This document shows, one piece after another, positions 22,903-30,963 of a stretch of 32,000 nt of DNA (its first letter is position 1; the number at the start of each line of letters is the position of its first letter). Both the position numbers and the translations under genes were made by a program. Below the pieces are notes generated by a model. That model searched no databases. It was not told the origin of the DNA and saw nothing but the letters and a program-made list of their open reading frames with translations. Origin of the DNA: Candidatus Thorarchaeota archaeon (lineage in GTDB: Archaea; Asgardarchaeota; Thorarchaeia; Thorarchaeales; Thorarchaeaceae); assembly GCA_003345555.1 (NCBI GenBank), contig PRDJ01000068.1:3393-35392 (forward strand), read 5' to 3'.

Positions 22903-24483
22903 GTGTACTCTCACTCGAGACATGAATGTCTTTCTCTGACTTTGATATTGCTGATGGTTCTGCCGGCCCTTTCCTTGGGGCTGACCTCGATTACATATCC
23001 ATCTGTCTACGTGAATAGTAGCGCCATTGTTTCATTGGCGGAAATGGATATAGCTCGTGGTCCTCTGATGTATAATGTAACTAATCACTCAGCATGTGTG
23101 TTTTGGCGTACGACTGACTCCACCAATGCGAGTATCCAATACGGATTGAATACTAGTCTTTTGGAAACGGTCAGCAGCTCGACGCTAGATACTGTTCACA
23201 GAGTCAGAATAGCAGGACTTCAACTTGGTACTAAGTACTACTACAAGGTCGTGTCAGACGGAGTGCCCGGTGAGATGTACCACTTCAGGACGGCTCCGGC
23301 GGACGGTCAAGCTTTCAAGATGATTATCATGGGTGACAACAGACCTATCTCAGACACTCCTGTCCAGCCTCAGGCTTTTTCGGATATAACCGATAGGGTC
23401 ATTGCTGAGGAACCGAACCTTGTAGTGCTCACAGGGGACTACGTCTATAGCGTTACTACAATTGCTGGCGACAATATAGCCAAATGGTCCGCCTTCAAAG
23501 CCATTATCGATCAAGCAGCTCACTACGCCCCGGTCTATGCTGCAATTGGCAACCATGACACCGGACTGTGGACCGGGACGCTGATACTACAATATTTCCT
23601 TGACGCTTTCGAACAGCATAATGAGGCTTCGACGTACTTCTCCTTCGACTACGCAGGAGTCCATATGATGATCCTTGATTCAGAGGCTACTAACACTCCT
23701 TTGCGCATTACTGGTGATCAATACACCTGGCTGACGAACGAGTTGCAGGCTTCCCAAGGGCGCATGAAGTTCATGATTGCTCATGCGCCGATGTATCCTC
23801 TTAGCCACATAGGCAGTTCATTGGACGTAAACATCACAGAGCGCGATGCGCTCCAGCAGCTCTTTGAGTCAACAAACGTTACAGTCTTCGCTGCAGGGCA
23901 TGACCACCTCTGGAACCGGATCACTGTCAATGGGCTCGTTCACCTGATCACTGGCGGTGCAGGAGCTCCACTTTACCACACGCTCTGGGGCGGCGATTTC
24001 CTCCATTATACTAAAGCCGAAGTCAGCAGGAACTTGGTCGATATCTCCGCAATCGGATTGGATGCGGGCGTCAAAGATAACTACGTGTTGCCCTATGTCG
24101 GACCGATTGAGATATTCTTGAGGGTTGTCGGCAACACCTCGACTAGGATGGCAGGAACGGTTCCCTCAATATACTTCAGTCAGGTGCCAGCGCAGAAGGG
24201 CTACTCATGGGATGGCGCACCTAATGCAACCGTCCTGACAGGGTTGCCGGCCGCTCCCGGACCACACATACTCGATGTCTATGCGGAGAATGGCGACAGC
24301 GTCTGGAGCCATGCTCGGTTCGTGTTTACGACTTCGGGCAGCATCACGACAACTACGACGACCACGACCACAACGAGTCAAGTCCCGGGCATACAGGTGG
24401 AGCTGATACTGCTTGCGGGTGCCGCGGGCATAGTCATAATCATAGTCGTCTTGGTCTTGTTGCGTTCACGCAGAACAGGGTAG
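22903..24483 (+). CDS. Secreted, membrane-anchored purple-acid-phosphatase-like metallophosphoesterase (FN3 + calcineurin-like + Ig-like + Thr linker + TM)
   Basis: Signal peptide, FN3 (WRT...YYYKV...FRTAP), motifs GDNR, GDYV, GNHD, AHAP, GHDH, Thr10 linker, TM helix, basic tail RSRRTG. Confidence 0.88.
   Translation: MYSHSRHECLSLTLILLMVLPALSLGLTSITYPSVYVNSSAIVSLAEMDIARGPLMYNVTNHSACVFWRTTDSTNASIQYGLNTSLLETVSSSTLDTVHRVRIAGLQLGTKYYYKVVSDGVPGEMYHFRTAPADGQAFKMIIMGDNRPISDTPVQPQAFSDITDRVIAEEPNLVVLTGDYVYSVTTIAGDNIAKWSAFKAIIDQAAHYAPVYAAIGNHDTGLWTGTLILQYFLDAFEQHNEASTYFSFDYAGVHMMILDSEATNTPLRITGDQYTWLTNELQASQGRMKFMIAHAPMYPLSHIGSSLDVNITERDALQQLFESTNVTVFAAGHDHLWNRITVNGLVHLITGGAGAPLYHTLWGGDFLHYTKAEVSRNLVDISAIGLDAGVKDNYVLPYVGPIEIFLRVVGNTSTRMAGTVPSIYFSQVPAQKGYSWDGAPNATVLTGLPAAPGPHILDVYAENGDSVWSHARFVFTTSGSITTTTTTTTTTSQVPGIQVELILLAGAAGIVIIIVVLVLLRSRRTG
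24346..24375 (+). repeat. Thr10 low-complexity linker (ACN codons)
   Basis: acg aca act acg acg acc acg acc aca acg; varied third positions indicate a protein-level repeat. Confidence 0.85.
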
Positions 24484-24631
24484 CTGTCCTACTGTCCAGT
24501 GTTGTGCCGTTGATGGCATTGGAAAACCAAAGCGAATGCTCCTGGCATACCGTCTGTATGTCTTGAGTCCGTCGCAAGAATCTCAAAGATGTGTGCAGAA
24601 GGTCGTGCAGACCTCCTGTCACCACGTTAAA

Positions 24632-24994
24632 CTAGATTGGTGTGTCTTTGACGTCAAATGCGAGGTTTCCAGCCTCTTTCGTCTTGATGGCGATGTCAAT
24701 CTTGTGTTCGGCTTTAGCTAGAGGGTTACCCTTACAGTGGATTGTAATCTCTACGCCGACCTTGATTGGAAAGCCCTTGCTCTCAGTAATATCAGAAGCC
24801 TTGATCTTCATGGCTTCTGAGGCTATCAACGTGTCAGCCAGTGAGTACTCTACATTATCTACCCTGATGGGCGACATACCGATGGCCGTACCTGGTGAGA
24901 GGGTGTTCTTAATCTTGAAATCGAAACCATCACCGACGTTCTTGAGGCTCCCTTTGATGTATAGCTTCCTGAGAAGGAATGCTGGTATCTGCAT
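24632..24994 (-). CDS. Conserved hypothetical beta-sandwich protein (IPAFLLRKLYIKGSLKN family)
   Basis: Clean ORF with GGAGG SD. The N-terminus resembles, from memory, a small archaeal/Chloroflexi family often auto-labelled as HMG-CoA reductase; no reductase motifs here. Confidence 0.7.
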   Translation of the reverse strand: MQIPAFLLRKLYIKGSLKNVGDGFDFKIKNTLSPGTAIGMSPIRVDNVEYSLADTLIASEAMKIKASDITESKGFPIKVGVEITIHCKGNPLAKAEHKIDIAIKTKEAGNLAFDVKDTPI

Positions 24995-25237
24995 CTAACT
25001 TGTTTCCTCCAAGGAGGTTAGTGTCTTTGGTTGACGCGAGAAGGAATACTTATACGTTCCGAACTTCGAGGTCCCGGAACAGTGGCATTCTGCCCTGCAA
25101 TTGCCATCTGGTCGTGGGCCGGCTAGCGACAGTAATGAGTAGTATGACTGTCAGCGATTGCTCTGCATCGATAAAGGTAATAAAGGTCCGACCTTACTTT
25201 CTTGTAAGCAAGCCAAGCTAGAACAAGAGGATTGGTT

Positions 25238-25591
25238 ATGCAGTTCACTATCTTTGACCCATTTGGCTTATTCGGATTGTTTAACACCTTTTTCATAATC
25301 GTGCCGATTTTTATGGTGGTCATTTTCGTCATAATCTTCGTGACTATATGCAAAGCGGGATCTCAGGCGGCCAGAGGTATTGTCGTCGATGTGCCGCGGC
25401 TTGCGATTCCAGAGCAATATCGGGGTGCTACTCGGCCCGACGGGACAGAAATAAGGACAGTCCGACTACCCGAGCGATGCTCGAAATGCGGCGCTGCGAT
25501 TGCTTCTGAGGGCATAGACTGGGTCGGTCCCCTTGAAGCTAAATGCAACTATTGTGGCGGTACGGTTAGGGCACAGCTGGAAAGAGTGTAG
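25238..25591 (+). CDS. Single-TM protein with C-terminal zinc ribbon
   Basis: Hydrophobic aa 18-40, CSKC...CNYC pairs; ATG 25238 after GAGGA. Confidence 0.78.
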   Translation: MQFTIFDPFGLFGLFNTFFIIVPIFMVVIFVIIFVTICKAGSQAARGIVVDVPRLAIPEQYRGATRPDGTEIRTVRLPERCSKCGAAIASEGIDWVGPLEAKCNYCGGTVRAQLERV

Positions 25592-25643
25592 CTGTCCGTG
25601 CATACAGCACCAGCTTAAGAAGGGACGGAGGCATAGCTGTCTT

Positions 25644-25925
25644 ATGGCCAGAGGTTTCGAGCTTCTTGAAGACGGAACACATCCTGCCGTAGAGGTAAAG
25701 AAAGAGAGCCTCCAGTCTACAAAGGTCTTTTGCGTTGTGGACAACTCAACTCACAGTGTCTACTTGTGGAAGGGCAGTCAATCCGGGATGAGGAAGCAAC
25801 TCGCTGGCGCACTTGCAGCAACCGAGATCAGGCTCGAGTGTGGAGAGAGGTTCAAAGTTCAGGCGATAGACCAAGGCGAAGAGCCGCCCGGCTTCCTTAG
25901 TCTCTTCGAGGTCGAGACAGTCTGA
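25644..25925 (+). CDS. Single-domain gelsolin-like protein (Asgard 1DGel type)
   Basis: LQSTKVFCVVD...VYLWKGSQS...IDQGEEPPGFLSLF matches the gelsolin repeat consensus; ATG 25644 after GGAGG, 93 aa. Confidence 0.85.
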   Translation: MARGFELLEDGTHPAVEVKKESLQSTKVFCVVDNSTHSVYLWKGSQSGMRKQLAGALAATEIRLECGERFKVQAIDQGEEPPGFLSLFEVETV

Positions 25926-25973
25926 ACCGGTGCCCAGAAGCGACCCACGGGAAGAGGCAGACGAGAATGAGTT

Positions 25974-26002
25974 GCCGGTGGAGGAGGGAGGTTTCCACCG
26001 GC
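25974..26002. terminator. GC-rich inverted repeat downstream of the gelsolin gene
   Basis: GCCGGTGGA-N11-TCCACCGGC, 9-bp perfect stem extendable by G-U pairs. Confidence 0.4.
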
Positions 26003-26171
26003 GGAGCAGATGTCGGATTTCGAGGCTTGACACAAGTGATCCAAACCCGTGTCGAAGATTAGTCCTCTCTTCATAATATAAGGGCAACCAGAATCATCGC
26101 AACGAAACTATCCCCATGCTTTCGACAGGTATTTCCCGTCCGAGTCATTGCGAGTCGTTGGGTGTTCCCAT

Positions 26172-26960
26172 TTGAGCAGAGAGCTGCGAGATGAGCAGGA
26201 ACTTGTTCCCGGTTACGAGGGTATTGCGGAGTTCTTTGACCTTTTTGCCAACAACACAGACATACCGTTCTACGTTCGGTACGCAAAGAAACAAGGCTCA
26301 CCGGTGCTTGATATTGCTGCAGGATCTGGGAGAGTCGCATTTCCATTGGCTCAGGAAGGGTTTAGGGTAACTGCCCTTGAGAAGTCGCCATCGATGCTCA
26401 CAGAGATGAGAAGAAGACTGCCGCGCCTTCCGAAGGACGCTGCCGACCGCGTGAATATAGTTGAAGCCGATATGTCAGATTTCAGCATCGGTCGCAAGTA
26501 CCGCCTCATAATCATTCCAGGATCCTTCGCACATGCGATGAGCACTGACAAACAGCTATCAACGCTCAAATGCGTCAGAAAACATCTGGCTTCGGATGGC
26601 TTGTTCATCCTTGATTTGCATGTCGGTGCCTTGTTGCCCGAAGATCTGAAGTTCGAAGAACCCAAAGCCACTCTTCCGGATGGCAGGACTGTGATTCGGT
26701 CTGGGGTAATTCATACTGACATGGTTCGTCAGATCATGAGAGTGGATCTGAAATACACGGTCATTCATGCATCCGAGGGTTACAGCGAAGACAAGCGAGA
26801 GATAGAGGTCACATCAGGAGCAGCGGTCATATTCAACAGAGAGGCTGACCTTCTCATCAGAATGGCTGGCCTTGCCATCGAAGATCAGCTAGGCGGTTTT
26901 GATGGCCGCCCATATACTCCAGAGTGTGATCGGCGTATTCTGCTGCTGAGATCTCATTGA
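26172..26960 (+). CDS. Class I SAM-dependent methyltransferase
   Basis: Motif I VLDIAAGSGR, ALEKS, ADMSDF, LASDGLFILD. TTG 26172 after GGGTG; TTG 26148 is an alternative start. Confidence 0.87.
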   Translation: MSRELRDEQELVPGYEGIAEFFDLFANNTDIPFYVRYAKKQGSPVLDIAAGSGRVAFPLAQEGFRVTALEKSPSMLTEMRRRLPRLPKDAADRVNIVEADMSDFSIGRKYRLIIIPGSFAHAMSTDKQLSTLKCVRKHLASDGLFILDLHVGALLPEDLKFEEPKATLPDGRTVIRSGVIHTDMVRQIMRVDLKYTVIHASEGYSEDKREIEVTSGAAVIFNREADLLIRMAGLAIEDQLGGFDGRPYTPECDRRILLLRSH

Positions 26961-27016
26961 AGCCTCGTGAATCCCTCATCACAGTTGTAGATAGGTCTGT
27001 CCCGAAACGGGGGCGC

Positions 27017-28264
27017 CTACTCGGTATGCAGGAGTTGGTCAACCGACGGAAGAGCATCTACTTTTCTCGGCTCAGTTCTCAGGACGACGTGGTCCTCAGC
27101 TTGATATCTTTCTGTGTAGAGAACCTCTCCCTCGACGGTGGCTTCTCTTTCTAGGTAGATACTCCGACCGTATATGTCCTTCACTCTTCCTCGTTCCTCA
27201 ACCCGAATCTCGTCGCCGTAGAGACTATCGGCTCGTGCACGTTCCCCGACGAGAATGCTCTTGGCCTCGACGAAGCCCTGAACTTCCCCCCTCTTGCCAA
27301 TCCGGAAGCTGCCCGTGACCTTTGCATACTTCATCGTGATTCTTCCACCAACCTCGACCCTGTCAGCATTGATTCGATTGTACACGCTGAGACTGCCTCC
27401 GATATCGATTCTTGAGCTTTCAAGGTTCTCTCCAACGGTGACCGCACCACCAACATCAAGTATGTCTTCCAGACTCAACGACTTTTCGACTTGTAGAGAG
27501 CCGCCTACATCGATTGAGGTTCCTTTTCCTGACCCTTCGATCTTCACAGCTCCTCCGACATCGATATCACCGAAATCCAGGTCTCCCGTTGACTTGAACG
27601 AACCACCGACATCAATTGAGGCTACCTTTGAGCCCGGGCCCACGACAGCGGTCCCGCCAACCTCAATACTCTCTATCTCCACCGCACCCTCAGCTTTGAA
27701 GGAGCCCCCAATGCTTACCTTCCCTATCCGGCCGTAATTACACTTGCCGCTACCGCCGACTTCGAATTCCTGAGCCTCGATTCTTCCGTGCACGCTTATG
27801 GATCCGCCCGCTTGGAGTCGTTCCACCTCAGCGTCCTTTCCTATGACGATTGTTCCGCCAGCCGACAATCTCACGGCTTTCGCACTGCCACCCACCCGAA
27901 TCGAGCCACCGGTCTTGGCAGCAGAACACTCAAAGTCGCCATCTACTCTCATTTCGCCATCGACATTCACTTGCCTAGCCCTAGCTGTTCCCTTGACATC
28001 AATTCCTCCTCTCTCGACTGTGAGGAATGTCTCAACTGTGAGATCGCCCCCAATCTCGAGAGGTTCACAGCTCTTTGCTTCTAAGGCACGAGCTCTGAGT
28101 GAGCCCTGGACTAGACAGTCACCTTTGATCCTGACTATTCCTTGAACTACAATCTCGGTACCCTGCTGAGGAGTTATGGACCTGCAATCACGGATTTCAA
28201 TGTCGCCGTGTACTGTGCCGAGTTCAACGTTATCGCGGTTCTTGAATGTCAGAGTCTCTGCCAT
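27017..28264 (-). CDS. Long bactofilin-like (polymer-forming) beta-solenoid protein
   Basis: About 12 consecutive 16-18 aa repeats centred on (D/E)(V/I)GG(S/A/T), plus degenerate flanking turns; GAGGTGA SD at 28272-28278. Confidence 0.78.
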   Translation of the reverse strand: MAETLTFKNRDNVELGTVHGDIEIRDCRSITPQQGTEIVVQGIVRIKGDCLVQGSLRARALEAKSCEPLEIGGDLTVETFLTVERGGIDVKGTARARQVNVDGEMRVDGDFECSAAKTGGSIRVGGSAKAVRLSAGGTIVIGKDAEVERLQAGGSISVHGRIEAQEFEVGGSGKCNYGRIGKVSIGGSFKAEGAVEIESIEVGGTAVVGPGSKVASIDVGGSFKSTGDLDFGDIDVGGAVKIEGSGKGTSIDVGGSLQVEKSLSLEDILDVGGAVTVGENLESSRIDIGGSLSVYNRINADRVEVGGRITMKYAKVTGSFRIGKRGEVQGFVEAKSILVGERARADSLYGDEIRVEERGRVKDIYGRSIYLEREATVEGEVLYTERYQAEDHVVLRTEPRKVDALPSVDQLLHTE

Positions 28265-28308
28265 TCGTTCTTCACCTCACAATTTCATGTCTTGCTGCGT
28301 TTCGTTCT

Positions 28309-28316
28309 ATTATAAA
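28309..28316 (-). promoter_or_regulatory. Putative TATA box for the bactofilin-like gene
   Basis: TTTATAAT on the minus strand about 45 nt upstream of ATG 28264, leaving room for the SD-containing leader. Confidence 0.45.
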
Positions 28317-28353
28317 GTGGAGCCACGCCAAAGGGTCACAAAATGTTACTGTG

Positions 28354-28659
28354 CTACATTCCCATTATTGGCTCCGGAACCGGTATTCCAACTAGTCCTG
28401 CCATCCGCTTGTATAGCTCTAGGTATTGGTTTCCCCTGACGGTGACCTTGTAGACTCGCTTTCCTTCATCGTCCTCTGTCTCAAGAAGACCCCTTTCGCA
28501 GAGGTAGTCTATTGCCTCCTTCGCACGATCCACAGGCATGTTCGTCGATCTAGCGGCACGCGTTAGCGGACAATAGCCGTATACATATATTACTCTGATT
28601 ATCTCTGCGAAGATGTCGTATCGGGTCCGCTTCATCAGGTCGCTTTTCTTCGTGGACAT
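28354..28659 (-). CDS. Archaeal winged helix-turn-helix protein
   Basis: KRTRYDIFAEII...TRAAR...IDYLCERGLL...YKVTVRGNQYL pattern. Confidence 0.83.
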   Translation of the reverse strand: MSTKKSDLMKRTRYDIFAEIIRVIYVYGYCPLTRAARSTNMPVDRAKEAIDYLCERGLLETEDDEGKRVYKVTVRGNQYLELYKRMAGLVGIPVPEPIMGM

Positions 28660-28788
28660 ACCGTTGCACTCAACTCTGTTCAGTTAGCCGTCTGATAAAA
28701 AGGCAGTGTCGTAATTGAAGCAGACGAACCAAGAATGCTTATGTTGAGGGTCCGGGAACGTGCCGCTCTCAGGAGCTGACGTGCAGAC

Positions 28789-29571
28789 ATGATTCGGAGG
28801 GTATTCATAGTAAGGAACGATGGAGATCTGTTGTACGCCAAGATATACGATGAAGATGCCGCTTCATCAAATCGCACCATTCCACCTCATGCCCTTGCCT
28901 GCGTTATGCTGTTTAGCTCCAACAGCAGTACCGCGCTCGGAGAGTTATACACTCAGAATCAAGAAGACAACCGCTGGGCATACATGTTCTTCAACTCCTT
29001 TGCAGTTGTCGTCTTGACTACGTCCGACGAGGAGAATCCTCATCTCAAGAAACGCATGATGTCACTTGGAAGGGCAATATCCACAGCATATAGTGGAATA
29101 ATGGCTTCTTGGTCGGGTGATATGAGCCAGATTGCTGATATGGAGAGTCTCGTTGGCAGCTACGTGAGTATGGAAATCGGGAGTCCGTCTGAAGAGCTCG
29201 CGGAGGCTATCGGATCACTAGTTGATGCGAATCTTGAAGCGCAGACTGTGGCCTACGTTGGAGTGTTTGACGCGGCGGGTAACTTGATTCACGGCACTGT
29301 ACCTGAGAGCCATGTGACCGTAATCAGGTCGGAGATTTCTCGGGGCATAGTCAAGCCGGGGGTGGATGTTGTTCCCACCGGGATTGCGATAGAGGGACAC
29401 GAGGTCTTCTTGACTAGAGTCCGCTCGTACACAGTAGTGGCCGCCTCCTATAGAGACGAAGGCAGGCTTAGCGCAATCAAGGCAGTGAGCGAGGTTGCTC
29501 AGTCGCTGGAGGCACTTGTGCATGAAGAACCAAGGGCACCCAAGAAAATGCGCGGGCGGCGGAAGACCTGA
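28789..29571 (+). CDS. Longin-domain + roadblock-like domain fusion protein
   Basis: N-terminal RVFIVRNDGDLLYAKIY...WSGDMSQI (longin pattern); C-terminal VAYVGVFDAAGNLIHG...TVVAAS...AVSEVAQSLEAL (roadblock pattern); basic tail. Confidence 0.68.
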   Translation: MIRRVFIVRNDGDLLYAKIYDEDAASSNRTIPPHALACVMLFSSNSSTALGELYTQNQEDNRWAYMFFNSFAVVVLTTSDEENPHLKKRMMSLGRAISTAYSGIMASWSGDMSQIADMESLVGSYVSMEIGSPSEELAEAIGSLVDANLEAQTVAYVGVFDAAGNLIHGTVPESHVTVIRSEISRGIVKPGVDVVPTGIAIEGHEVFLTRVRSYTVVAASYRDEGRLSAIKAVSEVAQSLEALVHEEPRAPKKMRGRRKT

Positions 29572-29662
29572 AGACCCATAGCCTCGTGGCGTCCTCGGCT
29601 TGGCGAAATACAGAAGTACTCCAAGCCATCGTGGGGCTCTCGTCTGAAACGAGGGATTATTC

Positions 29663-30307
29663 ATGTTGGTGCTAGGTATATCCGGTTCTCCCAGAGGAGA
29701 GAAATCAAGCACCCGTTTCCTGTTGACCAAGGCGCTCGAAGCTGCCGCCAGTCTCCTAGCAGCGACTAGTACCGAGGGAACCACGGAGCTGCTCGATTTG
29801 TCTGGACTTCAAATCCGTAGATGCACCGGGTGTGATGCCTGCGTAAGGAAGAAACCGTGTCCTGAGAGCGAAAAGGATGACATGCCCAAGATTGAGGAGA
29901 AGCTACGACGGGCCGATGGCATCATTATCGCAGCTCCATCGTATTTCACGTCCGTCCCGGGAGTTCTGAAGGACTTCATGGATCGCACAAGACCACTGAA
30001 GATGCAGGATAACCAGCTGAAGGACAAGGTGTTTGCTGTCATTACGTACGCCGGGCTCCGCTACGGAGGACAAGAGGCAGTGGTTGATCTGCTCAATAGG
30101 TATGCACTTGCACATGGTATGATTGTTGTGGGGTCTATTGGCGTGCCCACGAAGGACGGCACATTCGGATCTGGTGCAATGCAGACCGATGACGGCAAAT
30201 GGAGGGTATCCAAGGAAGACCAGCTTGCGATAGCAGGCAGTGCTCTGGTTGGGCAACGTGTTGTGCAAGTCGTAAAGCAGCTAAAGGGACCGGCGAGTCG
30301 ACATTGA
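29663..30307 (+). CDS. Iron-sulfur flavoprotein (Isf)/NADPH-dependent FMN reductase family
   Basis: GISGSPR, CTGCDACVRKKPC (CX2CX2CX5C), APSYFTSVPGVLKDFMDR, GGQE. Confidence 0.88.
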   Translation: MLVLGISGSPRGEKSSTRFLLTKALEAAASLLAATSTEGTTELLDLSGLQIRRCTGCDACVRKKPCPESEKDDMPKIEEKLRRADGIIIAAPSYFTSVPGVLKDFMDRTRPLKMQDNQLKDKVFAVITYAGLRYGGQEAVVDLLNRYALAHGMIVVGSIGVPTKDGTFGSGAMQTDDGKWRVSKEDQLAIAGSALVGQRVVQVVKQLKGPASRH

Positions 30308-30867
30308 GACGGCCAAAGATAGCTGGCAAGGTTCAGGTATACACAGGCAACGGAAAAGGGAAGACCACCTGCGCTCTCGGAGCTGGTCTCCGTGCTGCAG
30401 GGCACGGTCTCAGGGTTCTGATGATATGCTTCATGAAGGCTAAGGTTGCAGAACGCGGCGCCGGCACTGAAGTGAACTACGGAGAGTTCAGCAGCATTCA
30501 GAGGGTTCCGAACTTCACCATCATCCCTGTCGGAAGGTCAAGTTTCGTTGACAAAGAGAATCCTGACCCAATCGATATTAAGATGGCTCAGGAGGGTCTT
30601 AGATTGGCTCAGGAAGCTCTCCAGGGTCATAAGTGCGATGTCTTAATTCTTGATGAGATAAACGTTGCAGTAGAGTGGAGACTGATTAGTCTTGAGGATC
30701 AGCTGGATCTCATCAGAATGAAACCCGATGATGTCGAGGTCATAATGACGGGACGATATGCCCGTCCAGAGATTATCGAGGCTGCAGACCTAGTCACAGA
30801 GATGAAGGAAATCAAGCACTACTACTCCACCGAGAAGCTTCTCGCGAGAAGAGGTTTCGAATTCTAG
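30304..30867 (+). CDS. cobO: Cob(I)yrinic acid a,c-diamide/cobalamin adenosyltransferase (CobO/BtuR type)
   Basis: VYTGNGKGKTT, GLRAAGHG, ILDEINVA, MTGR, ADLVTEMKEIKH, RRGFEF. TTG 30304 overlaps the upstream TGA (TTGA). Confidence 0.92.
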   Translation: MRRPKIAGKVQVYTGNGKGKTTCALGAGLRAAGHGLRVLMICFMKAKVAERGAGTEVNYGEFSSIQRVPNFTIIPVGRSSFVDKENPDPIDIKMAQEGLRLAQEALQGHKCDVLILDEINVAVEWRLISLEDQLDLIRMKPDDVEVIMTGRYARPEIIEAADLVTEMKEIKHYYSTEKLLARRGFEF

Positions 30868-30963
30868 GCTCTCAGGCCGATGTTCCCGGTAGCGCAGAAA
30901 CGAACAGTTAATATCGACAGCCTAAGGAGCTTCATCTATCTGCCTCGCGAGGAGTGGTTCTGA

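Noticed and set aside
24346-24375. Microsatellite or phase-variation tract
   Set aside because: Thr codons vary at the third position (acg/aca/act/acc), so it is a protein-level linker, not a slippage repeat.
24632-24994. HMG-CoA reductase label
   Set aside because: Only 120 aa with no catalytic ENxxG/DAMG-type motifs; at most a non-catalytic accessory domain.
25966-26010. SECIS-like look (ATGA followed by a long stem)
   Set aside because: No apical AA(A/R) motif, the tandem G-A pairs are out of register with the stem, and there is no Sec-type UGA in the upstream gene.
25922-26077. +1 frameshift extension of gelsolin (SEPVPRSDPREEADENELPVEEGG...) making a longer protein
   Set aside because: The gelsolin domain is complete before its TGA, there is no slippery site, and the extension has no recognisable domain.
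30868-30963. Cobalamin riboswitch upstream of the mutase
   Set aside because: The gap is only 96 nt and shows no B12-box-like sequence.
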